Position numbers and translations under genes: made by a program. Under the pieces are notes generated by a model that saw only the letters and a list, made by a program, of their open reading frames with translations, searched no databases and was not told where the DNA came from. A stretch of DNA of 39,227 bases, from contig CALRBE010000008.1 of assembly GCA_943354005.1 (NCBI GenBank), forward strand, positions 1 through 39,227. Reading direction: 5' to 3'. This DNA comes from an uncultured Candidatus Saccharimonas sp. (lineage in GTDB: Bacteria > Patescibacteriota > Saccharimonadia > Saccharimonadales > AWTP1-31). Below, in pieces: positions 9,057 to 21,140 of the stretch (positions are counted from its first letter, which is position 1; each line of letters begins with the position of its first letter).

Positions 9057-9389
9057 ATGTCAGATTTGTTTGAAATTAATCAGGTTGCCACACGCGCACA
9101 TTTTCCAGGCGGTCCCAATGAGAACCCTGGTATTCGTTTAATTGAAGGGTATTTACCTGGTTGGACTTTTGCGGGGTCGCTTAAGTATGCTCACGTTGAT
9201 AAAGTAACCGAAGAACGTGAAATGTTTCCGAGCCCAGTAGATGCAGTCGCTAAAGATACTGGACGAGTTTTACTCCCTGGTGTAGTTGTTGTCGTGGACA
9301 TATCTGTAGTACCACCTCGGTTTCATAAGTGTGTTGGAGAATTCGTTTTAAACGACAACATTCTTAGCTATCAGCCTGCCGGTCTTTGA
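9057..9389 (+). CDS. Hypothetical protein
   Basis: 110-aa ORF with AAGGAG SD and upstream promoter. Confidence 0.6.
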   Translation: MSDLFEINQVATRAHFPGGPNENPGIRLIEGYLPGWTFAGSLKYAHVDKVTEEREMFPSPVDAVAKDTGRVLLPGVVVVVDISVVPPRFHKCVGEFVLNDNILSYQPAGL

Positions 9390-9465
9390 TAAATATTAGC
9401 TACTTGTAGACATCTATAAGACATTTAGTCGCTTTCTTGGTAAAATGTATCCGTTAGATGTACAT

Positions 9466-9539
9466 GGCGCCTTGGCCGAGTGGTTAGGCAGCGGTCTGCA
9501 AAACCGCGTACACCAGTTCAAATCTGGTAGGTGCCTCCA
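9466..9539 (+). tRNA. tRNA-Cys(GCA)
   Basis: GGCGCCT acceptor stem, anticodon arm gcggt-ctGCAaa-accgc, TTCAAAT T-loop, encoded CCA. Confidence 0.95.
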
Positions 9540-9580
9540 TATTTAATTTAGTATATCAATTCAGATATACTGTAGCCACT

Positions 9581-9666
9581 GGGCGAGTGGTGGAATGGTT
9601 TACACAACAGACTTAAAATCTGTCCCGGTAAAACGGTTGTGGGTTCGAGTCCCACCTCGCCCACCA
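9581..9666 (+). tRNA. tRNA-Leu(TAA)
   Basis: GGGCGAG acceptor stem, acaga-ctTAAaa-tctgt, long variable arm, TTCGAGT, CCA. Confidence 0.95.
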
Positions 9667-9676
9667 ATAGAAATAT

Positions 9677-9701
9677 ATCCCTCTTCGTGAGGGATTTTTT
9701 T
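9677..9701 (+). terminator. Intrinsic terminator after the tRNAs
   Basis: atccctc-ttcgt-gagggat followed by a T-run. Confidence 0.85.
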
Positions 9702-9800
9702 ACGTCCTACAAAGATGAAATTACTCCCCATAAGTGGTATAATAGATAGAGATAAAACGTACTAAAAAACTCAAGTTTGAGAGGGATTATAAAAACGAAA

Positions 9801-12792
<2,992 letters not shown>

Positions 12793-12813
12793 AGCATTAG
12801 CATTGTCTACAGT

Positions 12814-13542
12814 ATGTTCATGCGTCGACGATACTCTTTAAGAATGAACTGCTTTTCACCTCCTGTAATGCTGGCGACTGCAATCATTGAAATTAGCTTA
12901 CTAGTATATACCTTATATAAGTATGGTACGAAAAGCATAGGACGACTCGTTGCTTTAATGCTTCTATTACTGGCTATATTTCAAATTGCAGAATATAACA
13001 TTTGCGGCGGATTAGGATTAAACTCTCAATTTTGGTCACGTATAGGATTCATGGTGATTGCCTTACTGCCTCCACTCGGAATACATTTGAGCATGATGAT
13101 AGCAAAGAAGGACATAAAGTGGTTTAGATACACGGCATACCTTAGTGGTCTTATTTGGGTAGCAATATTCGGCTTAAGCGACAGAGCCTTTAGTGGATAT
13201 TCATGTGGCGGTAATTACATGATATTCCAGGTTGGAGAAAACTTTGGGAACGCCTATATGATCTACTACTACTTTTGGTTATTTGCAGCCATAGGGTTAT
13301 CTATATGGTTCATGATTAGAGCAACTAAAAGTCAGATGAAGAGCTTACTCCTGCTGATCATTGGATATCTCTTATTTATAGTACCTACATCTTTAGTAAA
13401 CGGCATTAATCCAACGACCATAGAAGGACTACCTTCTATCTTATGCGGCTTCGCAGTATTTTATGCTCTTGTTATAACATTTGGAATACTTCCCAATGAA
13501 CTTAAGTCTAAAAAACGTACAAAAAAGAAATTGACAAAGTAA
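12814..13542 (+). CDS. 7TM membrane protein (HisKA_7TM-like, stand-alone); start may be 12844
   Basis: About seven hydrophobic helices, no kinase domain. Confidence 0.6.
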   Translation: MFMRRRYSLRMNCFSPPVMLATAIIEISLLVYTLYKYGTKSIGRLVALMLLLLAIFQIAEYNICGGLGLNSQFWSRIGFMVIALLPPLGIHLSMMIAKKDIKWFRYTAYLSGLIWVAIFGLSDRAFSGYSCGGNYMIFQVGENFGNAYMIYYYFWLFAAIGLSIWFMIRATKSQMKSLLLLIIGYLLFIVPTSLVNGINPTTIEGLPSILCGFAVFYALVITFGILPNELKSKKRTKKKLTK

Positions 13543-13558
13543 TTAAACCGCTTATGAT
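13531..13558 (+). promoter_or_regulatory. sigma70 promoter of candidate sRNA 1
   Basis: TTGACA-16 bp-TATGAT; no + strand ORF follows. Confidence 0.7.
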
Positions 13559-13564
13559 AGAAGT

Positions 13565-13680
13565 ATCTCGTGCGCACCGCGGCGCGTTCCTTCAAAAACA
13601 AAAACACATGTGATTATCACCCGCCGCAGGGTGGGCGCGCACGAAAAAAATAAAATCCCGATTCGCTCGGGATTTTTGTT
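13565..13680 (+). ncRNA. Candidate structured small RNA 1 (family unknown)
   Basis: GC-rich island; tcgtgcgc(13568-75) pairs with gcgcacga(13637-44); inner hairpin caccc/gggtg; A-rich loop; own promoter and terminator. Confidence 0.65.
13652..13680. terminator. Bidirectional intrinsic terminator
   Basis: aaaatcccga-ttcgc-tcgggatttt between convergent transcription units. Confidence 0.85.
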
Positions 13681-13715
13681 ATTTCTTCCTACTTGGGGCA
13701 ACTAAGAAACTATTA

Positions 13716-14204
13716 CTAATCTTGAATTATGACTTTCTCGTTTTCGTTATTGGGCTCTTCAAAAATAGCTATTCTTTTATCCAGAATATCAGGAGTAATT
13801 ATAAAATTATTTCCTTTTTCAATATCTGCTCGACGGTTTAATCTCTCCAACAGCAAAGCTCTACTGGCCTTAAGGTATATTAATTGCATTTCAGCACCAT
13901 TACTTTCAACGAGATCTCTAAAATACTCCCGATCCCTCTTTTTCCGTACGCCGAAATCAAGTACGACCGATTGACCATTTCTTATATTCTCAACGATTTT
14001 CGATTTTATTATTTCCATAACGTTTGATTTATATTCATTACGTTTCTCAGTAGGGTAGTCAATACCAGCTACTCCATATCGTTTGATCATCTCATCGTCA
14101 ATCGAGAGAGATAGTGCTCCTTGTTCATCTACAATTTTTTTTGCATACGTTGTTTTCCCTGAACCGGGTAGTCCGCACAATAAATAAACGATCGCATGTT
14201 TCAT
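13716..14204 (-). CDS. AAA_33-type P-loop kinase-like protein
   Basis: LLCGLPGSGKTT Walker A, SIDD, SVVLD. Confidence 0.85.
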   Translation of the reverse strand: MKHAIVYLLCGLPGSGKTTYAKKIVDEQGALSLSIDDEMIKRYGVAGIDYPTEKRNEYKSNVMEIIKSKIVENIRNGQSVVLDFGVRKKRDREYFRDLVESNGAEMQLIYLKASRALLLERLNRRADIEKGNNFIITPDILDKRIAIFEEPNNENEKVIIQD

Positions 14205-14212
14205 ATGTATAT

Positions 14213-14860
14213 CTATTTTTGAATTAATGGTTTTTTACCAATGTAACGTACTAAGTTATGTATGCCCATAGCACTATCTTTATAAGTTTCACCGTTCTCA
14301 TCTGCGACAACTGTATTAAATCTTTGCGTAAATTCATTAACTGTAGTTTTACTAAAAAAGCGTTTCGTTGATTTGCCAATTTTGAAATAGTCTTTCTCAA
14401 TCATCTCGCCAGTTTTGTATTCAGGGTCATTCACTGAGTTTGCTAGAAGTGCAAGTGTACCGCCAGGTTTAAGGATCCGGTAGATTTCATTAAAAATATT
14501 AGCGGTAGTCTCATGATCAAAATAATGCAGTGAAAGATGTGAGTAAACTACATCAAAAGAATCAGCCTGAAAGGGCAGCTTTTTTCTTAGATCAACCTTT
14601 TTAATTTTAATGTCGACTGAGTTTGATGTTGCTTTTTCCTTTGCTAGTTCCAAAGCGCTATCTTCAATGTCTGTAGCAGTAACGTTATAGTCACGTTCTG
14701 CAAAATAGCAGCTGTCTTGCGCTTGACCTGCGCCTAAATCTAAAACCATTCCTTTTGCAGGAAAATAATCTAAAGCTTGTTCTGCAAAAATCGATGCTTT
14801 ATTAATCCACTCCTGATTTTTGTATGTGCTATGTAGATCTGACCAAACGCTTTCACTCAT
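14213..14860 (-). CDS. Class I SAM-dependent methyltransferase
   Basis: VLDLGAGQA, LPFQADSFDVVYS, RILKPGG. Confidence 0.9.
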   Translation of the reverse strand: MSESVWSDLHSTYKNQEWINKASIFAEQALDYFPAKGMVLDLGAGQAQDSCYFAERDYNVTATDIEDSALELAKEKATSNSVDIKIKKVDLRKKLPFQADSFDVVYSHLSLHYFDHETTANIFNEIYRILKPGGTLALLANSVNDPEYKTGEMIEKDYFKIGKSTKRFFSKTTVNEFTQRFNTVVADENGETYKDSAMGIHNLVRYIGKKPLIQK

Positions 14861-14935
14861 AATATTCAGTATATAGCCATTTATTAATTTAATCGAAAGT
14901 TATAGAATTTTTTGTACGCTAACAATATTATTTCT

Positions 14936-15012
14936 TGGTGGAGCCACGGGGACTCAAACCCCGGACCTCTTCGCTGCCAGCGAAGCGCTCTAATCAACTG
15001 AGCTACGGCCCC
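14936..15012 (-). tRNA. tRNA-Ala(GGC)
   Basis: Reverse complement ggggccgtagctcagttgattagagcgcttcgctGGCagcgaag...ggctccacca; G3:U70 pair present. Confidence 0.95.
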
Positions 15013-15092
15013 ACGTAGTAGTAGATAGTATAACAAAGTTTATTATTTGTAATAACCGTGAGCGTCGCACAGATTTAGGGTACAATAGAGTC

Positions 15093-16028
15093 ATGGCTAA
15101 AAAATCAACTACCAAATCACAAGAAAATGTAACTTTAACAGATACAACCCCATTTATTATTAAGCATAAAACAGCAACAACAATTATTGGAGCAGTGCTC
15201 TTAGTTATTATCTCCTCAACAATTTGGATCAGACAGGTCTATTATAGTCCTGAGCTAGTGTTTAATGCGATGATTGAGAATAACTTGTCCACTAACGGAG
15301 TAACTCGCACGCGTATTACTGAACAAGAAGGTGCAAAAAGGGAAGACATCGAGCAAGTTAGTTTTGTCCCTGAAGCAGCTGTCCGCACGCTTCAGACTAT
15401 TAATCAAAAAACTGAAAATGGTAAAAACACAATCGTTACTGAGAGTATAGGTACTCGAGATAATGACTATAGCCAATTTATTAAAATCGATGTTACTGAA
15501 AAAGACGAATCTGGAAAGAAACTTAACTACGCAACTGTAGAGCGACAGTGGGGCAAGTCTGATGCCAAAGAACAACCAGCTCAGATTTTCCGCGGTACTA
15601 CATTGAGCCCAATACCATTTGCAAATCTTGATCAGTCAGCACGTAAAAAAATTATAGCTCTCATGAAGGAAAGCAAGGCATACGATGTCCAATACGCAGG
15701 AGTCAAGAGCGTCAAGATTAAAGGTGAAGATGCACTAGCGTTTCCTGTTAAGATAAATAGCGAAAAATATGTAGGAGTACTAAAAGAGATTGCTAAGTAT
15801 ATAGGAATTAAGAATACTGATGACTTGAATCCTGCAGATTTTAAAGACCAACCTCCAATTGAGGTTACGATTACAGTTGGCAAGCTTTCACGACAAATCT
15901 TAGAAGTTACTTATACAGCTGGCCAGAAAGAAACTTACAGTTCATATGGACTTAGTGAGCCTATTAAATTGCCGAAAACAACAATTTCATTGAACGCTTT
16001 GCTACAAAAGGCTGAAGAGATAAGATAG
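15093..16028 (+). CDS. Membrane-anchored exported hypothetical protein
   Basis: Single N-terminal TM helix, then a hydrophilic beta-rich domain. Confidence 0.7.
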   Translation: MAKKSTTKSQENVTLTDTTPFIIKHKTATTIIGAVLLVIISSTIWIRQVYYSPELVFNAMIENNLSTNGVTRTRITEQEGAKREDIEQVSFVPEAAVRTLQTINQKTENGKNTIVTESIGTRDNDYSQFIKIDVTEKDESGKKLNYATVERQWGKSDAKEQPAQIFRGTTLSPIPFANLDQSARKKIIALMKESKAYDVQYAGVKSVKIKGEDALAFPVKINSEKYVGVLKEIAKYIGIKNTDDLNPADFKDQPPIEVTITVGKLSRQILEVTYTAGQKETYSSYGLSEPIKLPKTTISLNALLQKAEEIR

Positions 16029-16035
16029 TCACGCC

Positions 16036-16782
16036 ATGCAAGTTGTCGTAGATTCATTGCTAACTAATTACTACCGTACAGGTACAGGCAAAACAGTTGT
16101 GGTTCTACATGGCTGGGGAGACAATATTGCAGGCATTGCACCATTTCTAAAAAGCCTTAGCGCGCATTATGACGTTGTGGCTATGGATGTTCCAGGCTTT
16201 GGTGGAACTCAGGCTCCAGAAACTAGTTGGGGCTTAGACGAGTACGCCCAGTTCGTACAAAGCTTTATTACGAAATTAAACATAAAACCTAATGTGATCA
16301 TTGGCCATTCAAATGGCGGTGCTATTGCTATACGAGCAATAGCTCATGGTCTTAAGACTGAAAAGCTAGTTCTGCTAGCTTCAGCCGGGGTTCGCGGTGA
16401 TAATAAGAAAACTATTGGTGCCGTTAGGGTTATTTCAAAAGTAGGTAAGATTCTTGCTAAACCTTTACCTAAAAAAACTCAAAGAAAACTCCGAGAATCT
16501 GTATACTCAACTATTGGATCAGATATGCTCGTGGCAGAACACATGCAAGAAACATTTAAACGTATTGTCGCAGATGACGTAAGAGAAGATGCGAAGAATA
16601 TAACTCAACCTACACTACTTATCTATGGGCAGAATGATGTCTCGACGCCAGTAAACATAGGAATGGCTCTTCAAGCTGCAATTCCTAATTCAAAAATCGA
16701 AATAATTCCTGATGTTGGTCATATGCTTCCGACAGATGCAACTAGCGTGGTGCTTGGTATGGTTACGGAGTTTATTAAATGA
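16036..16782 (+). CDS. Alpha/beta fold hydrolase
   Basis: LHGWG, DVPGFG, GHSNGG nucleophile elbow, GQND, GH. Confidence 0.9.
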   Translation: MQVVVDSLLTNYYRTGTGKTVVVLHGWGDNIAGIAPFLKSLSAHYDVVAMDVPGFGGTQAPETSWGLDEYAQFVQSFITKLNIKPNVIIGHSNGGAIAIRAIAHGLKTEKLVLLASAGVRGDNKKTIGAVRVISKVGKILAKPLPKKTQRKLRESVYSTIGSDMLVAEHMQETFKRIVADDVREDAKNITQPTLLIYGQNDVSTPVNIGMALQAAIPNSKIEIIPDVGHMLPTDATSVVLGMVTEFIK

Positions 16783-18218
16783 TTAAAAGAATAGTTAGCT
16801 TCTTTGGACCGTCTTATCCTAAAACATTAACCTATATGCTACAGAGTACTGAATATGAGGTAGGACCATACCTTGCTTGGTACTGGAGAACTAATAACTT
16901 TGGGGAAGTTGCACATAGAAGAACATTAGCTAAGACCCTCAGAGCTAAATTATTATCAGCCGGTCTTAGTATCGGCATGCTAATACAAATAGTGATAGCG
17001 ATTATTATTCTTATCCAAGGAATTAAATTGCAGCGCGGTAGTGACATTTACTTCGGTATTGCACTATTACTATCTTACCCAGTTGTTTGGGCACATATTA
17101 TTGTCATTCCTCTTACGATAGCTCGAATATTTATTGTTAAACCTAAAGAGCGTCATGCAGTTAAAGCGTCAGCCAAAGTTTTTGAGCAGCACGAAGCAGT
17201 TAAGATAGCGGTTGCTGGTAGTTACGGAAAGACTACTATGAAAGAGCTTTTACTTACTGTTCTTAGTGAAGGCAAGAATGTTGCAGCAACGCCCGCAAAT
17301 AAAAATGTTGCCATCTCTCATGCTCACTTCGCTAAGAAACTGTCAGGATCAGAAGACATTGTCATTATTGAATATGGTGAGGGCGCTCCGGGTGACGTTG
17401 CACGTTTTGCAAAAACCACAAAGCCAACTATCGGCATAATAACTGGGCTTGCACCAGCTCATCTAGATAAATATAAGACACTTGATTCAGCTGCCAAAGA
17501 TATACTATCTCTTGCCGATTATCTTCAGGATAAGAATGTTTATATCAATAGCGAATCAGAACCTTTAAAGAAATACAAAAAATCACAATTTCATTCATAC
17601 TCACAGCAGTCCGTCTTGGGGTGGAAAATAGATAACATTAAAATTGCTATTTCTGGCATGACTTTCGTAATGTCAAAAGACGCGGACCGTATTAGTCTTA
17701 GTACTAATTTAATAGGACGGCACTTAATCGGTTCATTAGCTCTATGTGTCGCATTAGCAAAACAATTTGGATGCAGTAATGAAGATATTATAGCTGGCGT
17801 TGCAAAGACTAGTCCGTTTGAGCATCGTATGCAACCACGCGAGATCGCTGGGGGCTATATAATCGATGACACTTACAATGGCAATCTTGAGGGCGTACGT
17901 GCCGGTTTGCAGTTATTACAGGAGCTTACTGCACGACGAAAAGTTTACGTTACTCCTGGGCTTGTTGATCAAGGTAAAGAAGCAAAGAATGTACATCAGG
18001 AAATGGGTAAACTAATTGCCAAATCAAATCCAAATAAAGTAGTCCTTATGAAAAACAGTGTAACTAGCTGGATATGCGACGGCCTTAGCAGCGCTGGATA
18101 TACAGGTGAAATCGTGATTGAAAAGCATCCCCTTGATTTCTATACAAACATTAACCAGATCATTGCAGCAGGTGACATTATGCTACTTCAAAACGACTGG
18201 ACCGATAATTACAAATAA
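16779..18218 (+). CDS. murF: UDP-N-acetylmuramoyl-tripeptide--D-Ala-D-Ala ligase with N-terminal TM helices
   Basis: AGSYGKTT P-loop, EHRMQ, IIDDTYNGN; adjacent to ddl. Confidence 0.8.
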   Translation: MIKRIVSFFGPSYPKTLTYMLQSTEYEVGPYLAWYWRTNNFGEVAHRRTLAKTLRAKLLSAGLSIGMLIQIVIAIIILIQGIKLQRGSDIYFGIALLLSYPVVWAHIIVIPLTIARIFIVKPKERHAVKASAKVFEQHEAVKIAVAGSYGKTTMKELLLTVLSEGKNVAATPANKNVAISHAHFAKKLSGSEDIVIIEYGEGAPGDVARFAKTTKPTIGIITGLAPAHLDKYKTLDSAAKDILSLADYLQDKNVYINSESEPLKKYKKSQFHSYSQQSVLGWKIDNIKIAISGMTFVMSKDADRISLSTNLIGRHLIGSLALCVALAKQFGCSNEDIIAGVAKTSPFEHRMQPREIAGGYIIDDTYNGNLEGVRAGLQLLQELTARRKVYVTPGLVDQGKEAKNVHQEMGKLIAKSNPNKVVLMKNSVTSWICDGLSSAGYTGEIVIEKHPLDFYTNINQIIAAGDIMLLQNDWTDNYK

Positions 18219-18271
18219 AGCTAATTAATTGTAATTTGTAATTGTATTTTGAGACTATTACAATGGATAGT

Positions 18272-19441
18272 ATGAAAACAATTGCAGTAATTTTTGGTGG
18301 AAGAACAACTGAACACGACGTTTCGATCGTTACAGCTATTGCAAGTATCATTAAACCTCTTGAAGTGCAGGGTGGATATCAGATTGAGCCAGTATATATC
18401 GCAAAGGACGGGTCATGGTACTGGGATTCAAAGCTTAAAGATATAGCAACCTTTCAATCGGGTGAGATCGAAGATTTCATGCGCAAGGCACCAAAAGTAC
18501 AGTTGTCTATAGATAATGGTCTAACACTAATTAAAAGTAGCCAGTTTGCAGGCCGAAAACAATACAAGAAGATTGATGTAGTTTTTCCTGCTATGCATGG
18601 TACGCATGGCGAGGACGGAGAACTAATGGGGCTTCTTGAAATGGCTAATGTGCCATACATTGGCTGTGGAGTTGCTGCCAGTGCAATAGCAATGGATAAG
18701 GTTCTAGCCAAACAAGTTACAACTAGTGCTGGAATTGCCAGTACTCCATGGGTTTGGTTCAACGCTATAGATTTAGAGAGAGACCTTAAAGGAACACTTG
18801 CTACAATTGCAACGCTTCAGTATCCGTTATTCGTGAAGCCAGCACACCTAGGCTCTAGTATTGGCATTACAAAAGTTGATTCTAAAGATCAGCTTATGAA
18901 TGCACTTGAAGTAGCAATCCATTATGACAATCGAGTAATTGTAGAACAAGCAGTTAATAACCTCGTTGAAGTAACGCTGCCAATAATTGGTAATGATGAT
19001 CCAATTCCTGCAATGCTAGAACAGCCGCTCTTAAAAAGTGAAGATTTTTTTGATTTTGAAACTAAGTATATGCAAGGTGGCAAGAAAGGCGGCAAGAAGG
19101 GCGGATCTTCAAAGCAGGGTGCTCAAGGGTATAGCCAAATCCCAGCCGACCTTCCTAAAGATGTCTACGATGATGCGATTAAGACGGGACTTGAAGTCTA
19201 CCGCGTAACTGGATGTGCCGGTATCGCACGTGTTGATATGCTTATCGATATCAAAACAAAGAAGGTTATGTTCAATGAAATAAATCCTATGCCGGGAGGA
19301 CTATACAGTCATAACTGGAACAAGGCTGGAATGAGTAATGTCGACCTTGTCGATAAACTCGTACAGCTCGCCGAAGAAAGATGGCAAAAGTCACAAAAGA
19401 TTACCACGGCATTTAGTACAAGCTACTTGAAACAGTTCTAA
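18272..19441 (+). CDS. ddl: D-alanine--D-alanine ligase
   Basis: FGGRTTEHDVS, HGTHGEDG, KPAHLGSSIGI, ARVD, NEINPMPG; ATG 18272 is the likely start. Confidence 0.95.
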   Translation: MKTIAVIFGGRTTEHDVSIVTAIASIIKPLEVQGGYQIEPVYIAKDGSWYWDSKLKDIATFQSGEIEDFMRKAPKVQLSIDNGLTLIKSSQFAGRKQYKKIDVVFPAMHGTHGEDGELMGLLEMANVPYIGCGVAASAIAMDKVLAKQVTTSAGIASTPWVWFNAIDLERDLKGTLATIATLQYPLFVKPAHLGSSIGITKVDSKDQLMNALEVAIHYDNRVIVEQAVNNLVEVTLPIIGNDDPIPAMLEQPLLKSEDFFDFETKYMQGGKKGGKKGGSSKQGAQGYSQIPADLPKDVYDDAIKTGLEVYRVTGCAGIARVDMLIDIKTKKVMFNEINPMPGGLYSHNWNKAGMSNVDLVDKLVQLAEERWQKSQKITTAFSTSYLKQF

Positions 19442-20176
19442 ATGGGTAAAAGTACATCTAATAAACAATTGCTTCCTTCTTTAGCCAGCCCCTCTAAAAC
19501 AGAATATGCCGAAATGGAGATAGCACTGCAAAGAGAGCGGGAATGGTATAAAGACAGTCCACGCTATTTGGTTAAAAAGGACATAAAACGCGCAATTCGA
19601 AATAATGAGTTAGTCCAGCTGAGCGAATCAGAGGATCTTAAACCTATTGCTCGTTTCAATACATCAATTGAAGGCTTCACGCCTTACCTTACGCCAAATG
19701 CACTAAGGGTAGCTAAGGCCTTTGGTAACCTATGGCGTTTCATGATGAAGGAACAATTTGGTATTAACCACCCAGCGCTCAAACTAGCCGTTACATCCAT
19801 GGTACGTACTCAAAAGTATCAGGATAAACTAGTCGGCAGCGGACGATTCGCTTCTCCTGATAGTATTCACTGTACTGGTAACGCCTTTGATATTGATGTC
19901 AGTGGTTATTATTCGTTAGTAGATAATGACACGGCTATTTCACACGTTGATCCACGAAGAAAGGCTGCGGGTCAACGCATTGGTGGTCTCATAGCCCAAT
20001 CACTCGGAGAAACGTTTAACGCAGAATCACATAGTGGCGCATACGATAAAAGAGTTACTGAGTCTGCTCTTTGGACAGCCGAAGTCTTGTTCGAAGAGTA
20101 TGAAATCAATAGAGTCCACGAATTCAAGGACTCACCTAATGCCTGCTTGCATATAGCAGTAAATCCCGATTATTAA
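19442..20176 (+). CDS. DUF5715 / peptidase M15-like zinc protein
   Basis: VTSMVRT, SIHCTGNAFDI (SxHxxGxAxD) and C-terminal CLHI. Confidence 0.6.
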   Translation: MGKSTSNKQLLPSLASPSKTEYAEMEIALQREREWYKDSPRYLVKKDIKRAIRNNELVQLSESEDLKPIARFNTSIEGFTPYLTPNALRVAKAFGNLWRFMMKEQFGINHPALKLAVTSMVRTQKYQDKLVGSGRFASPDSIHCTGNAFDIDVSGYYSLVDNDTAISHVDPRRKAAGQRIGGLIAQSLGETFNAESHSGAYDKRVTESALWTAEVLFEEYEINRVHEFKDSPNACLHIAVNPDY

Positions 20177-20256
20177 TAAAACGTCGTAAAAGGTACTGCA
20201 GTATTAGCAAGTACACTATTGTATAATGCGAAATACAGTAGAGGGAGTTGGGTTGC

Positions 20257-21105
20257 ATGCAGTACACGATATTGGGTAGATTACAGTTTATTACAATTCT
20301 AGCTGTATTAGCATTGCCTTTTGCAGCTTTGCTCAATCAACCGGTCCATGCAGAAGTCAACTTTAGTTCCTTAGCTATAGATGACAACAAGCCAAATGCA
20401 CAACCATATGAGGGAGCAATTTTCCCAGATGTAAACAGATCGATAAACACATTGGGCGATTCATTCATAGACTCGCTTAATAGCGTACGAACAACAAGTA
20501 ACGTCGACTGTAGTCTAGAAAATTGTATTGCCCTGACATTTGATGATGGTCCCAACCAGTTATATACTCCTCAAGTTCTCGATATACTAAATCAATACCA
20601 AGCATATGGCAGTTTTTTTATCATAGGCAATAGGATCTCAGCACATCCTGAAATTGTCCGACGAACATACAGAGAAGGTCACGACATAGGTAATCACTCC
20701 TGGTCTCATCCGATGTTTGATGAGTTGTCGCCAGAACAGATTAATAATGAGTATGTAAGTACACAGGAGGCTATGGTAAGGGCAGGCGTTCCAGCTTCAA
20801 CTATGTTTAGGCCTCCCTATGGAATTCATACCGCTGCTTCGCTCTCGACTATTCCAACACCACAGATGCTATGGAATGTTGACCCACGTGACTGGAATGA
20901 AAAGTCTGTCGATTCATTAGTGCAGCATGTTCTTCAGGAGTCACATCGTGGTTCAGTTGTGGTTATGCACGACACTTCTATAGTTACTACAGAAGCTTTG
21001 AAACGTATCATACCGGAGCTTCAAAAGAACTATAAACTTGTAACTTTAAGTGATATGTTTGACCTTGAGCCTGGCGATCGTGGACTATACTACGGCTTAC
21101 AGTAG
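20257..21105 (+). CDS. Polysaccharide/peptidoglycan deacetylase (CE4, NodB homology)
   Basis: ALTFDDGP, GNHSWSH, FRPPYG, DPRDW, VMHD; N-terminal signal peptide. Confidence 0.92.
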   Translation: MQYTILGRLQFITILAVLALPFAALLNQPVHAEVNFSSLAIDDNKPNAQPYEGAIFPDVNRSINTLGDSFIDSLNSVRTTSNVDCSLENCIALTFDDGPNQLYTPQVLDILNQYQAYGSFFIIGNRISAHPEIVRRTYREGHDIGNHSWSHPMFDELSPEQINNEYVSTQEAMVRAGVPASTMFRPPYGIHTAASLSTIPTPQMLWNVDPRDWNEKSVDSLVQHVLQESHRGSVVVMHDTSIVTTEALKRIIPELQKNYKLVTLSDMFDLEPGDRGLYYGLQ

Positions 21106-21140
21106 CCTACCGCTGTAGTTTTACGGTATAATGATTGAAT

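Noticed and set aside
9550-9571. 8-bp inverted repeat between tRNA-Cys and tRNA-Leu
   Set aside because: Adequately explained as a spacer hairpin or a TATACT -10 box for tRNA-Leu; nothing indicates a separate element.
13565-13680. SRP (4.5S), 6S or tmRNA identity for sRNA 1
   Set aside because: No SRP helix-8 GGAA motif, too short for 6S, and no tRNA-like ends or tag frame.
13716-14936. tRNA-Ala-integrated mobile island
   Set aside because: No duplicated tRNA 3' end (att site) or recombinase was seen.
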